Below the pieces are notes generated by a model. The model worked only from the letters and a program-made list of their open reading frames with translations, made no database searches and had not been told where the DNA came from. DNA of 64,000 bases from Orbicella franksi (Eukaryota): assembly GCA_964199315.1 (NCBI GenBank), contig OZ116701.1, positions 13,640,001 to 13,704,000 on the forward strand. The letters run 5' to 3'. A program made the position numbers and the translations under genes. Shown here in pieces: positions 24,515 through 35,357 of this stretch. The stretch's first letter is position 1; every line of letters starts with the position of its first letter.

Positions 24515-27008
24515 CCCTTTGCGACCCAATGGCCGATATATCGCCCATAACAAGAAACAGCGAATTTAGGCTCAGCGGATTCTCCATTTTTGGTTGCCAG
24601 ACCTCCCCAGGCTAGAAATATCATTCGCCATTTTGGATTTTCTGCTTTTCATAGTTTCTGACGAATTTGGGTTGCTTTATTGGAATTTTTCGACTTTCTT
24701 CGACTGCCAATTTTCCCAGGAAACTTTAAAGGTGTCATAATCATGGCAAGCGCCAAGAGACGCTTTACCGTGGCAGAAATACTGGAGTATTTAGACGATA
24801 ACTTCGATATTCCTGACGATGGAGTAAATTTTGACATCAAAGGACTCAATGAAGATGATTTTGACGAAGAAAATATGCTTCCTGAAGTTGCCGCCTCTGA
24901 TGATGAGGATGACGAAGATGTAAACCTTGCTGCTCTTGATATTGAGGAAAATGACAGAGGAAGAGGAAGACCAAGCAATGTAAGTCTACATGACTTTGAA
25001 TGGAGTAGTGAGCGAAGTGAAGTTGAAATTCCTAGCTTTTCACAAAATGTAGGGCCAACAAATGTTATGCCCAGAGAGTCCTCAGCAGTAGACTTTTTCC
25101 AACTCTGTAGACAATCGCATATTGGGAAAGATCATTGCAGAAACAAATCGCTATGCCTGCCAGTCCTTGCAAGCAAGAAATAAAGATATTGGTAGTTGGA
25201 AGGACATTTCTTTAGAAGAACTGAAGGCCTTTTTAGGCCTTCTTATTTGCATGAGCATTCACAGACCCCCAAAAGTTTGCGAGATTACTGGTCATCTGAC
25301 TGGGTCTTGGGGGTCCCAGCATTTGCAAAGGTTATGCCTCGAAACAGGTTTCTAGACATCTGGAACAACCTCCATCTTTGTGATAAACACCAAAATGCCA
25401 CAGCCTAGGGACCCAAACTTTGATAAGCTTTTTAAAGTGAGAGAATTTCTCAATGACTTGAACACAAACTTTCGCATAAACTACAATCCCTATCGCGAGC
25501 AAGCTGTTGAGGAAGCTATGATAAATTATAAGGGAAGGACTTCATTAAAGCAGTACATGCCGATGAAGCCCATAAAAAGGGGAATCAAGATGTGGTGCAG
25601 GGCTGACAGCACAAATGGTTACTTGTGTGAGTTTGACATTTATACTGGTAAATCCCCACAAGGAGTCCAACATGGTCTTGGATACTCATTGGTCACCAAG
25701 TTATGCCAACATATACAGGGTCACTGGTATGCAATTTTTTGTGATAATTTTTTCACATCATACAAGCTTCTTGAGGACATGTATCACAACAAAATACTCT
25801 GTTGTGTGACTCTGAGATCAGGTGGGAAAGAGTTTCCTGTGTGCCTCTATGAGCAAGAAGCAATCAAATGAATGAAGAGGGGTGATGTCCTGTGGAAAAT
25901 GAAAGGTCCCGTTGTAGCACTAACCCGGATGGACAAGAAAGCAGTCCATGCAGCTGGTACATACCCAAGCCCCTGCACAGCAACTTCCTGAGGTGAACCG
26001 CAAACAGCGAGATGGTACCATACAGAAAGTAGCCTGTCCAGAATTGGTGTCATCTTACAATAAGTACATGGATGGAGTGGATAAAAATGATCAGATGAAA
26101 TCCCACTACCCCATCCCAGTGGCTGGAAAGAAATGGTGGAGCAGGGTTTTCTTTGATCTCATTGATAGATCAATCTACAACAGCTTTGTGCTTGAGCAAG
26201 AATCACCACACCATGGGAAAAGGAGTCAGAAGCTGTTCCAGATTGACCTTGCCAAACAGCTGATTGGCAATTTTTGTTCACGAAGGAAGCATGGGAGGCC
26301 CTCTGATGAGCACTTACTTGCTAGACATGTTGAAAGACATTTCCCCGACTTTCTCCCAGCTAATAAGGGGAAAAGGAAAGAAAGGAGGTGTAAAGTTTGT
26401 TATGATGCAGGCAAAATCAAGAAGACAAGTTACTTTTGTCCTGATTGTGAGGTTGGCCTTTGCGCTGCTCCTTGTTTCAGGCTGTACCATCAGCCATAGA
26501 CTGTAGAAAATGTTGAGAGAACACTCTAAAGTGTTTCTGCTGTGTATTTAATAGTGTTTTACGTTTAAAATTGATCATTTTTATGTCATTTAACTTTCTG
26601 GGTTTTTTTTGGATTGCGTGACATATCACCTCGCGTGACAAAATGCTAATTTCCATAGATTTAAAATTTTAAAATTTACCTAGTTTAGTATTAAATTGTT
26701 CAGTAGACACTTTGCTAAGTTTTAAGCCACAATTCATAATTTTCCTAAAAAAGTAGAGGGTTGTACAGCCACATAAGATGCATTGTTTAATATTTGTGTG
26801 ACACTGTTTATTAACTTTGACCCATGATGACAGGTGTCAGTCAACATCAGACATTTTTCTGAACACTACATCATAAATTAAAGTTATTAATGAAGCTTTT
26901 GTAAAAGTTTGGTAATCATATCTTTTAATCTGAATATTCTACAGATTTTTAGTATTTTAGCACTAGAGAATTTAATTAAATTCCAAAATAAATTTGGGCT
27001 GTGAAGGG
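24515..27008 (+). mobile_element. piggyBac transposon inserted at TTAA
   Basis: TTAA (24511-14)|CCCTTTGCGACCCA ... TGGGCTGTGAAGGG|TTAA (27009-12). Removing it restores the hAT frame DSNPTAIGLL-KKLKKPDF. Confidence 0.95.
24743..26499 (+). pseudogene. piggyBac transposase (PGBD4-like), several frameshifts and a stop
   Basis: Acidic N-terminus, ELKAFLG, MPRNRF, KLFKVR, EEAMINYKGR, YMPMKPIKRGIK, CDNFFTS, YNKYMDGVDKNDQ, and C-terminal CKVC...CPDCEVGLC...CFRLYH Cys-rich domain. Confidence 0.95.
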
Positions 27009-28789
27009 TTAAGAAGTTGAAGAAACCTGATTTCATTGGTGTTTTTTATATCTTAAAAGGTGTTCTGCCTATGCTCTCAACTCTTAGTAAGGTGTTTCAA
27101 AAGGGCTCCATATCTTCTTCTCGTATTTCTCCAGCCATCAAAGTGTCTAAAGATTCGCTCAACAGGCTTGTTCAAGAAAACACCACTGTCAAAGAGTTCC
27201 GAAAGGAGACAACAACTGGAAAATTTGCTTGCCTAGAGTTCAATGAAGATAAGATTAAGAAAACAGAGGCAAAGATGCACGACCTATGCTCCCAATATGT
27301 GACAGCCTTGACAGACAATATAGACCAACGCTTCCAGCACTCTTTGCCAGTCATTTCATCCTTCCGTATCTTCAATCCACTTTCCATGTCTATTGCAAAC
27401 TCTCAGTTTGTAGGATATGGACAAAACGATATCTAAACTTTTGCAAATCACTTTTTTAGTGGAGATGAGAACAGCAGCAAACCCTTTAAACTGGAAGCTG
27501 AATGGAACAACTTCAAGTATAAGCTGTCCGACTGGAGTAAGGACTATCAGGCTATTCCTTCGCCTTCTACAACTTCCACAGAATGGGCCCTACAGAGGTT
27601 CCTAAGGCACAAAGAATCCTACCGTAGAAGTTATCCCTTGCTGTTACAAGTCGCAGAAACCTGCCTCTCTATGCCTGTTTCAAATGCATGGCCGGAAAGG
27701 GGGGCCAGTGCCCTTAAGTGCCTAAAAACACACCTGAGAAATTCCCTGAAGAGATGCTCAAAAGTCTGCTTCATATTTCCATAAATTGGCCACCAGTAAA
27801 AGAATCTGAAGCTGTGATCAACAAGGCAGTGGCTTTATGGAAGGAAAAGAAGCACAGAAGAAAACTGCCACAGTCTTCTCGTCTTCAGCAGAATGAAAGG
27901 GCTATGCCAAATGCACAAAAAGAGCAGGACAAAGTGCAGGAAGGAGAAGAAGAAGAAGGAGGAGGCAGCGGCATACAAGAAGAAGAAATACAAGAACTGC
28001 CAAGTTCTGACCAAGGGGAAGTTAATTGTCTCGCACCTTCCACCCTCGGGCAGGAAGAGGAAGTTGAACAACTTGCAAAGGAACTTGATCTCACATTCTC
28101 GTCAGACAACAGTGCATTTGAATCTGATATGGACGACTTACTTTAACTTTCAGTATTGTTACCGTGTACACCAGGTCGCCAATGGGCAAAGTCAAAAGGA
28201 CAACATGAACTTAAAACATTGAATGTATTTTTTTGAATCAGCATTTGAAGATTTATCATTTTGCTCTTTTCTAAAAGCCAGTGATTGAGATTTTGAGGAA
28301 AAGAACGGTTGTAATAAACATAAAATATGGTTAATATAGTCTTAATTTTGGTTGTTCTTTAGGCCCAAATACTGTCAGGAAAACGTTGAAAACAGCATTT
28401 CCAAGCATCTAAATTTTAAAATTTTCTGGGGGGGGGGGCATGCCCCCAGACCCCCCTAGGAGGCTCGCGTCTTCGGCGCTCGAAAAGTAGGCTGCCACCT
28501 ACTTTCCCATTGGTGCCATCTACTTTAAAACTTATTGACAGCACTGGACTTCAATAAACCTTTCGCAGCATCTACGTCACTGTTATGAGAAATTTATAGT
28601 ATTGAGATTTATAACACTTTTCCTGCCCAACAAATGAAACAGAAATTTTAACGAAATTAATCTGAGATATTTGATCCGAAAGTTGCAAGCTGCCATAAAC
28701 ACTTAAAATGATCTGTTGATACTACAGTTTCCTCCAAGGAAAAGGTTACACGTGTATAGCTGCCAAGAAGCAGGAAGCAAGAAGCAAAA

Positions 28790-29021
28790 GAAGTTATTTG
28801 CCAGTGTAAAATGCAAAGATGTACATGTCATTGTGTAAATGGCTACCGCCTTTGCAAAGAGAATTGCTTCTGCTGGGGCCTTGGCAGATGCGAATATGCC
28901 CCTTGAGGGATCCAAATGTAAAAGAACCACCAAGACAACCAGGTGCTCTTGCAGAGAACTAAAGAAGGCCTGCAATAAGGAATGCAGTCGTGGAAAAATG
29001 TGCCAACATACAGGAGAATGA
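28790..29021 (+). other. Two tesmin/CXC-like cysteine clusters in different frames (probable transposon remnant)
   Basis: VICQCKMQRCTCHCVNGYRLCKENCFCWGLGRC and KCKRTTKTTRCSCRELKKACNKECSRGKMC. Confidence 0.4.
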
Positions 29022-29661
29022 GTAGTAGAGCATGTGTAGTGTGGATATCATTTTCTCTCTTAATCAAAAGTAGTAATTGTCAAGGATTGTCAATACGCTG
29101 TCAGCCAGGCAGTCAGTTGTTGAGTACGTTTTACCATTAGCTTGTGTGCAAGTTCTCTACTAGTGCAAAATGCAGCTGCTAGGGTAATTAGCATGACTAC
29201 ACATTTCAGTCATGTAACTCCTGTGTTATTTTTTTTTTCAGAATTGATTTGAAAGTTTTAATTATTACTTTAAAAGCTATACACAGCCAAGCACCGCATC
29301 ATATCAGTGGTCTTATTCATTTTAAAAATCCCTCCAAGTATGGTCTTTGCTAAAACAATGAACTGTTCTGAGTATCACTGTCCACCAAAAAGAAGGCACT
29401 TGATGACAGGGCTTTTACTGCTGCTGCACCAGGTGATGTAAAGAGCGAGGACAATTTATTTTGACCACTTTAAATGCACACTAAAAACATTTTTATTGAA
29501 GAAAGTGTATGAATAGTTATTTTATACTGTATAGACTTTTTACTAGATTTTTATAATTTTACCTTATTCTTTAAAGCGTTTTGTGTTGATCAGTATAATT
29601 TGTTTGTCAGGTGCATTAGATCATGTACATGCTAACTTGCACCATACAAATATTAAATATA

Positions 29662-29693
<32 letters not shown>

Positions 29694-29712
29694 CATCATC
29701 ATCATCATCATC
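29662..29712. repeat. Compound microsatellite (ATT)n(ATC)n
   Basis: Read directly from sequence. Confidence 0.95.
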
Positions 29713-29789
29713 AACAAATGAACCAGAAGTTTTAAATTCAAAGAGTTCCATTTTCGGTGTAACACTCCCAGTTATGTAACACATTGTCC

Positions 29790-30790
29790 CAAAGATGTCA
29801 AATGAGATATCAGCCCAGATATATCAGCAGGATTGACCAACCCTGATTTGCATAATCGGATCCACCACTGACTACAACCTGCAACTTGCTTAAGCAATCA
29901 TGGGTTTGAAAGAACAAGCTTTCCTCAAAGTTGGTGAACATGTTTAAATTATCAATAAATACCTTTCTTGTCACGACATAGAATCTTTTACAATTCTCTC
30001 CAAATTTGGAGGGCAGGAATTCAATAAATTTATATTATTATTGTACTGCTGGGATAATAGATTCAAGAGATCAAGACAAGCCAGTTCATCAATCTCACCA
30101 ACCTTTCTTCCGAAAGGGCTCAGGAAAAAGAGCTCCAGACTTATCTTGTTAGAAAACGTCTTGTAACTTCCTCCAGGAAAGTAGTTCAAGAGACCACACA
30201 CATAGGGACCTGGATGGAAGCTTTCACTGTTTATTCTTGGACTATCTACCATACCAACCCTTACAGGTGTCAGGATATGAAACAATATAAGCTCCTAATC
30301 CTAAAAACCTCATGCCAGTTCCCTGGGAAAGCTTGGCTATATTATTACATTGTTTTCCAAAAACACGCAGCTGCAACAGGTTTATTGGACTGGTTAAGTA
30401 TGATTCTCTACGTGCATCATTTTCATACTCGTGCATCTTTGCCCCAAACAAGCCTCTTATCTCATGTCCCATCTCCAGCTTCAAGAGTGTTGGCTAGCTT
30501 CCCAATTTTTGTCAATCCTGGAATGATGTCACCTGCCATTGACCCTTTGGTCAGTGCCATTACTGTCCCTGCTGTGAAAAACGCAATGGAGCGGGACGCG
30601 AGGCAACTTTCCCTTTCAGGCCTCAGAGTTAACAGAGAGAGTTAACAGCAGCAGCATTAATGTTGTGGCCAGTTCATCGCAACCTACTTTCCAGACGAAC
30701 TTTGTATGCAACATAGATTTTTTTCCGTAAATATTCCTTGTTAAGTTCAGACTTGACACACTGTGTTTCCTGTTTCTGTTAATGTTGTTA
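29790..30790 (+). mobile_element. DIRS/Ngaro-type tyrosine-recombinase retrotransposon gag remnant
   Basis: FINLTNLLP...TWMEAFTVYSW...QYKLLILKT...AWLYY...AAATGLLDW...FHTRAS, followed by a degraded Cys/His finger. Truncated about where RT would start. Confidence 0.75.
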
Positions 30791-31129
30791 CATCAAGAGT
30801 GTCAGCTCAGTTTTCTTAAGCAGAAGTGAGGGTTGCTACAGAATATATATATGGAGAGAGAAAGAGGGTGTTTTCTTTATTGCTCATTGTGACTTTCACT
30901 AATTTATGCAGTTGAAGTGGTAGTAGCTACCTGGTGTTTTGATTAAACTTCTTTTCATTGTGACCACTGAAAGTCACAGCTTTCAAACACAAGTTAGTGG
31001 TGGCTTTTTGTTTAATGCACACAATGTACGTATCAATCACAACGTATTTCTTCCCCCAAATTAAATTAACATGAAAATGCATGTAATTACAAAAACCTTA
31101 ACTTGTACAACAGCATTATCGTACATTGT

Positions 31130-31288
31130 TTGGAATCGGTGGAAATGTACTCTGAAGGCAAGATCCAAAAGAGTGAGCCTGAACCAAGGAATGACAATGT
31201 AAATACTGTCTACTTTATTCATCAGGGGAAATATTTGAATCAGTCACACAGAGTTTGTTTACAATAAACAAGCATGTGATTGCAAATA
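31130..31288 (+). repeat. Dispersed repeat, partner of 14602-14736
   Basis: Same motif string as 14602-14736, with a ~35-bp internal insertion. Confidence 0.75.
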
Positions 31289-32100
31289 TTTCCTTATATT
31301 TGTGCTTCCAGCTTAGAATAATATGAATAAAAATATACTTTTACAAATAAGCTTTTGTGCTTAAACATTACCAGTTAATGTGAACATAATTAGCACGAAA
31401 TTTGAAGGCTAATGTAAATATTTTAGTTTTATTAAAATTAAGAGTCTACAGAAACTAGTGCCATCGTGCACCGCATCAACAAACCATAGTTTATGCACAG
31501 GACCTCTTCACTGGCATCGACTTTGACACTGACATATCTGTCTGTAAAACCTCAGCTGTTAATGAAAGATGTTGATTTTGGAAATAGACAGAGGCTGAAA
31601 GTGAAATGACAGTGAAATCATTTTAGGTGTATGTATTTAAAGGGAAGGCGTCAAACGCAATCTTTGACTACTACCAGTAAATACAAAAATTATACCATAA
31701 ATAACAGTCGAGATATTAAATACAAAAGTTATACAGCCTTTTTTTTGGGCCATTTTTTTCCAAAAAGAATGACAAGAGCTTAAATTGTGAGTAATTTCTG
31801 TTGTTCATTACACGAGAAAAGGCTTAATTATTCACTGTTGAAATTTCTGCATGATCCAGTGTGTTTTACAAATAACCAACGTATTTGTCCACATTTTTGC
31901 TGTCGAGCATTAGCAAGACAGCACAATATTCTTCTCTGTAGGGTGAGAAATCCAAAATTTTCTTGGATGTAAGACTTGAAGCCTGCGCAGTAGAGTATTA
32001 TCCGGGACAATTGAAACGACAATCATGCACACATCACAGGGCTGTCATATCATCCGGGATCCACGCGTGAGATCCCTTTGCACGTGAGAAATCCTCGCAT

Positions 32101-32390
32101 GCTGACAGACGCTTTCAACTTTCAAATCCTTCGTACGCTGTCAGTTGTTTGACATTGCCATCATACAAGTAGGTAAGTATTTTCTGAATGTTTTCATTTG
32201 TTATTAAAATGTCTTCATTTTCCTGTGTAGTTATTCATCAAGGCCATGAACAGAAAGAGATCAATTTGTGTTTGGCTGTTTTTCTTTTATAGATCCACGC
32301 TTTAGAATTGAGCACGCTGTCAGACGCTTTTGACTTTCGAATCTTTCGTACACTGTCAGTTGTTTGACATTGCCATTGTACAACAAATAA
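32101..32390 (+). repeat. Direct duplication of ~70 bp (32101-32170 and ~32317-32385)
   Basis: GCTG(A/T)CAGACGCTTT...TTCGTAC(G/A)CTGTCAGTTGTTTGACATTGCCAT occurs twice. Confidence 0.8.
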
Positions 32391-33239
32391 ACCATTGTTT
32401 GAGGTAGACATGTTTTTATAGTTACTGTTATTATTACCCACTGAATATTGGTTGATTATATTTCATACAGATATAGGAAGAAATTTTAATCCTGCTTACT
32501 ACTGATTTACTAAGTATCTTTGCCAAAACCCTTTTGCAAAGAATTCATTGTTCAAGTTAGACATATTTTTATAGTTACTGTTATTGTTCACATTCAAAAG
32601 GAATTACTCCAGTCAAGAATATTTTGTATCAAGTTTATGGCATATAACATTATTTTCTAACTCCTTGTTCAAGTTACAGTTCCAAATGAAAACAGTTTAA
32701 ATGTGTAAATGAGAAACAAATTTTAATACATACTTGAAGTTAGAAACTTTGGTATCTTGTCAAGATACACATCGTATAAGGATGAATTTTGCAATAAATG
32801 AGTATAGTTGTCATTTATAATTCCCAACATCTATCAAATTAATGACTTATCAAATCAACAATAAAAAATAATTTCCTCTCACCTTTTACAACAGCACTCC
32901 ATTTTGCCACTAACTACATTTTCAACCACTTTCCCCACCCCACAAACAACAAAGCATTTTCAGCAATTTCCCAATATGGGTCAAACAACTCCGTAAGCCT
33001 AACGATTGGGGCATTTTTCTAAAACAACACTTGCTGTAGTAATTATTACAAATCATCCAGCGAGGGCCTACTCTAGACACCCCTACCCTCCAAAGATAAA
33101 AAATTTCCAGACCTGTTGACTGTTCAATTCAATTCCCACCGTTTTAACGACCTTTTAACAGCACTCACTTTCATAATGAAATTCCTAGTTCCAGGATTAT
33201 TTCTGCATAATCAGGGCAAAAAAAAAAACTTTTTTTTTT

Positions 33240-34225
33240 GGAAAATCACTCATCCATTGGACAGGTACTATCCAGATTTTGGTCTTGCAAATGTAAAACA
33301 CAATACATTCATCTGAACAACAATGAAAATCCAATACCACAAGGTCAACATAATCACAACAAATTGTTCAAAGTTTGCCCTGTCCCCAAAGCTGTTGTGA
33401 AAGGGTGTCAAGAAGAAAATCCACGTCGCCAGAACTGTTCCGCCAATGAAGCAATGATAGCCTTCAAAGGACAACTCAGCATGTTTCTACCACGGTACAG
33501 TTCTAAGTACATTAGTAAGGTCAGCGGATGTCACCAATTTGCTTGGTGACCACTTGTGCTGCTTAGTACCCACTTGACATAGCCTGTAGCCACCATGTTG
33601 TTTAAACACAAGCGTGATTCATTCCGATTTTTTAACCTGGGTTATGCAATCTGCTTAACTAAAAGCGGACTTAGTTGTTATCTCCAGAATAAAGTGTTGT
33701 TCTTGTGAATAACAACAGTCTTCTTATCATCAAAACTCCTTTGCATGCCTTAAGTGCAACATTCGGGGGCAGCCACATAGCATGAAACGGTGCACTCCAT
33801 TGAAGCTAATTGAGAGGCATTTAAGTGTGGGAATGTGCCGATTCATCAAACAGCTATGTCTGTAACTTTCAAGTTTACAAAAGACAACAAGATAGAAACA
33901 TCACAGAGCATAGACGTAGCTAAGTTAACCATTCATTGGAAAGCATCACCACCTATTCCATGACAATTCTTTCACATATATTAAATTTGCTTATGATTTG
34001 AAGAGAGATAAAACATACGTGTGTGGAACAATTTGCACCAATCACTCTGGCTTTCCAAATGGTTTGCCGCTGGAAAAAGCTGACTTGAAAGCCTTTCAAA
34101 TTTTATCACTGTGGAAACCTTGTTGCATCAGTTTGGAGAGACACAAAATTAGTTTGCTTTTCCAGTTGGCGAACAAACAGTAAATGACAAACAACACAAT
34201 GGAACTTTTAATGTGGCTAAATGTA
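33240..34225 (+). mobile_element. Degenerate piggyBac transposase fragments
   Basis: IHLNNN...KLFKVCPV...ANEAMIAFKGQLS (33300-33480) and YVCGTICTNHSGFP (34015-34060). Confidence 0.75.
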
Positions 34226-34329
34226 ATTTAGGCTACATTAAAATCAAGCCAATGCTGGTTGGCGGTGGTCAGAGAATCGTGCATCTCAATGTGACATACG
34301 GGGTTTCTCGAATCGCACATGTGTGTTTT

Positions 34330-35240
34330 AGCCACGTGAGGTTGTGCAGTTTGTTTCAAGCGCAGAACCATACGTTTGTACTGCTTTTTCTCTCATTTCT
34401 GTTCTCTCCATGCATTGGAGTTTGGTTGCTTCATCTCTCTTTCATCCCCACCATCATAAGAGCCAGGCAAACCAACAACAGTTTAGCAGCAGCTCTCTCT
34501 TCCATTCTAGTGTCCTCAGCTCCCATGTCAAGTGCAGCCACGAGCGGAATATCATCTTCTATCGCAACTTCGCAGCCTGGCAAGCTTGTTGTTGTTTCAT
34601 CGCCAATGGTTGGCGCTGCTGCTGCAGCAAACCTGCTACCTTCGGCCTCAACCGCTGTTCTTTCGTCTGATCTCATGGCCCTCATTAATCAGGATGTTCA
34701 GGTGGCTGTTCAGGCTTCGCAAAAGCAACCAGAACCTGCAATTGTGTGTTCCGCCTCCTGTTCTGGTGCTGGTTCGTCATCCGCATCGTTGACTGGCTTG
34801 GCTTCGTCGTTTCCACCTGCAGGGACAGGCTTTCAGCCTTCCATATCAAGCTCCTCGACTCAAGGTAGGATCATTCCTCTTGTTGTGCCTACGTTTGTGT
34901 CAGCCTTTAACGCCCTGGTCCTGGCACTCATTTCGTCTTTGTGACATCCATTAAGTGACGTTTCCGTCCAATTGCCTTCGTCCAATGTCAACTCTTTGGC
35001 GGATCAGCCGTTCATAGTGGGCCCGGGTTTTTCTCCCGTCTCAGCCAAGCTTGTTTTGCAAATCCGAAGCAGAAAATTCATCGATTTGTCGGAGCTTTAA
35101 GCGCCGAGTCTGAGCCCCAATTGATGCTCAATGGGCGTTTAGTTTTATCAGCACCACCGAAGAAACCCTGTCGGTGTATAGAGGATATCACCACGTGGAC
35201 AGAAGCCTTCACAGTGTTTCCTCTTGTCTTAACATCCATT
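34330..35240 (+). mobile_element. DIRS/Ngaro-type gag remnant
   Basis: Ser/Ala-rich leader, then DQPFIVGPGFSPVSAKLVLQIRSRKFIDLSEL and IEDITTWTEAFTVF, homologous to 30070-30235. Confidence 0.8.
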
Positions 35241-35357
35241 CACTGAAAGCAATTTATAGTATACAAGTCTTCATCAGTCTGACACAGCACAGCATGCAAT
35301 GACTGCAGATAGTACAGAGCCAGCCACAAACACACACCTTTCAGTTAAGCTGCCTAA

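Larger units (their letters stand above)
22469..28146 (+). pseudogene. hAT transposase gene, apparently spliced (small 5' exons ~22469-22547 and ~22848-22903), frameshifted and split by piggyBac
   Basis: MASAPKKPRQTLLSTFF followed by a GTAAG donor. Main ORF 23333-24490, continued by 27017-27436 and 27718-28146. Confidence 0.75.
21979..28546 (+). mobile_element. Complete hAT DNA transposon (ZNF862-like transposase pseudogene) with nested piggyBac
   Basis: Perfect 16-bp TIRs CAGTGCTGTCAATAAG (21979-21994 and 28531-28546). Flanks are GACTTG and GACTTC. TTF-type zinc finger (FKHDW...MFCLLCRMH), IVDEATD, SDGASVMTG, IHCICHRLAL, TRWLS, then C-terminal PVSNAWPERG after the piggyBac. ~190-bp subterminal duplication at 22120-22440. 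Confidence 0.95.

Noticed and set aside
34213-34944. Host membrane or mucin-like gene (243-aa ORF)
   Set aside because: It runs directly into DIRS/Ngaro gag motifs, so it is best explained as a retrotransposon leader.
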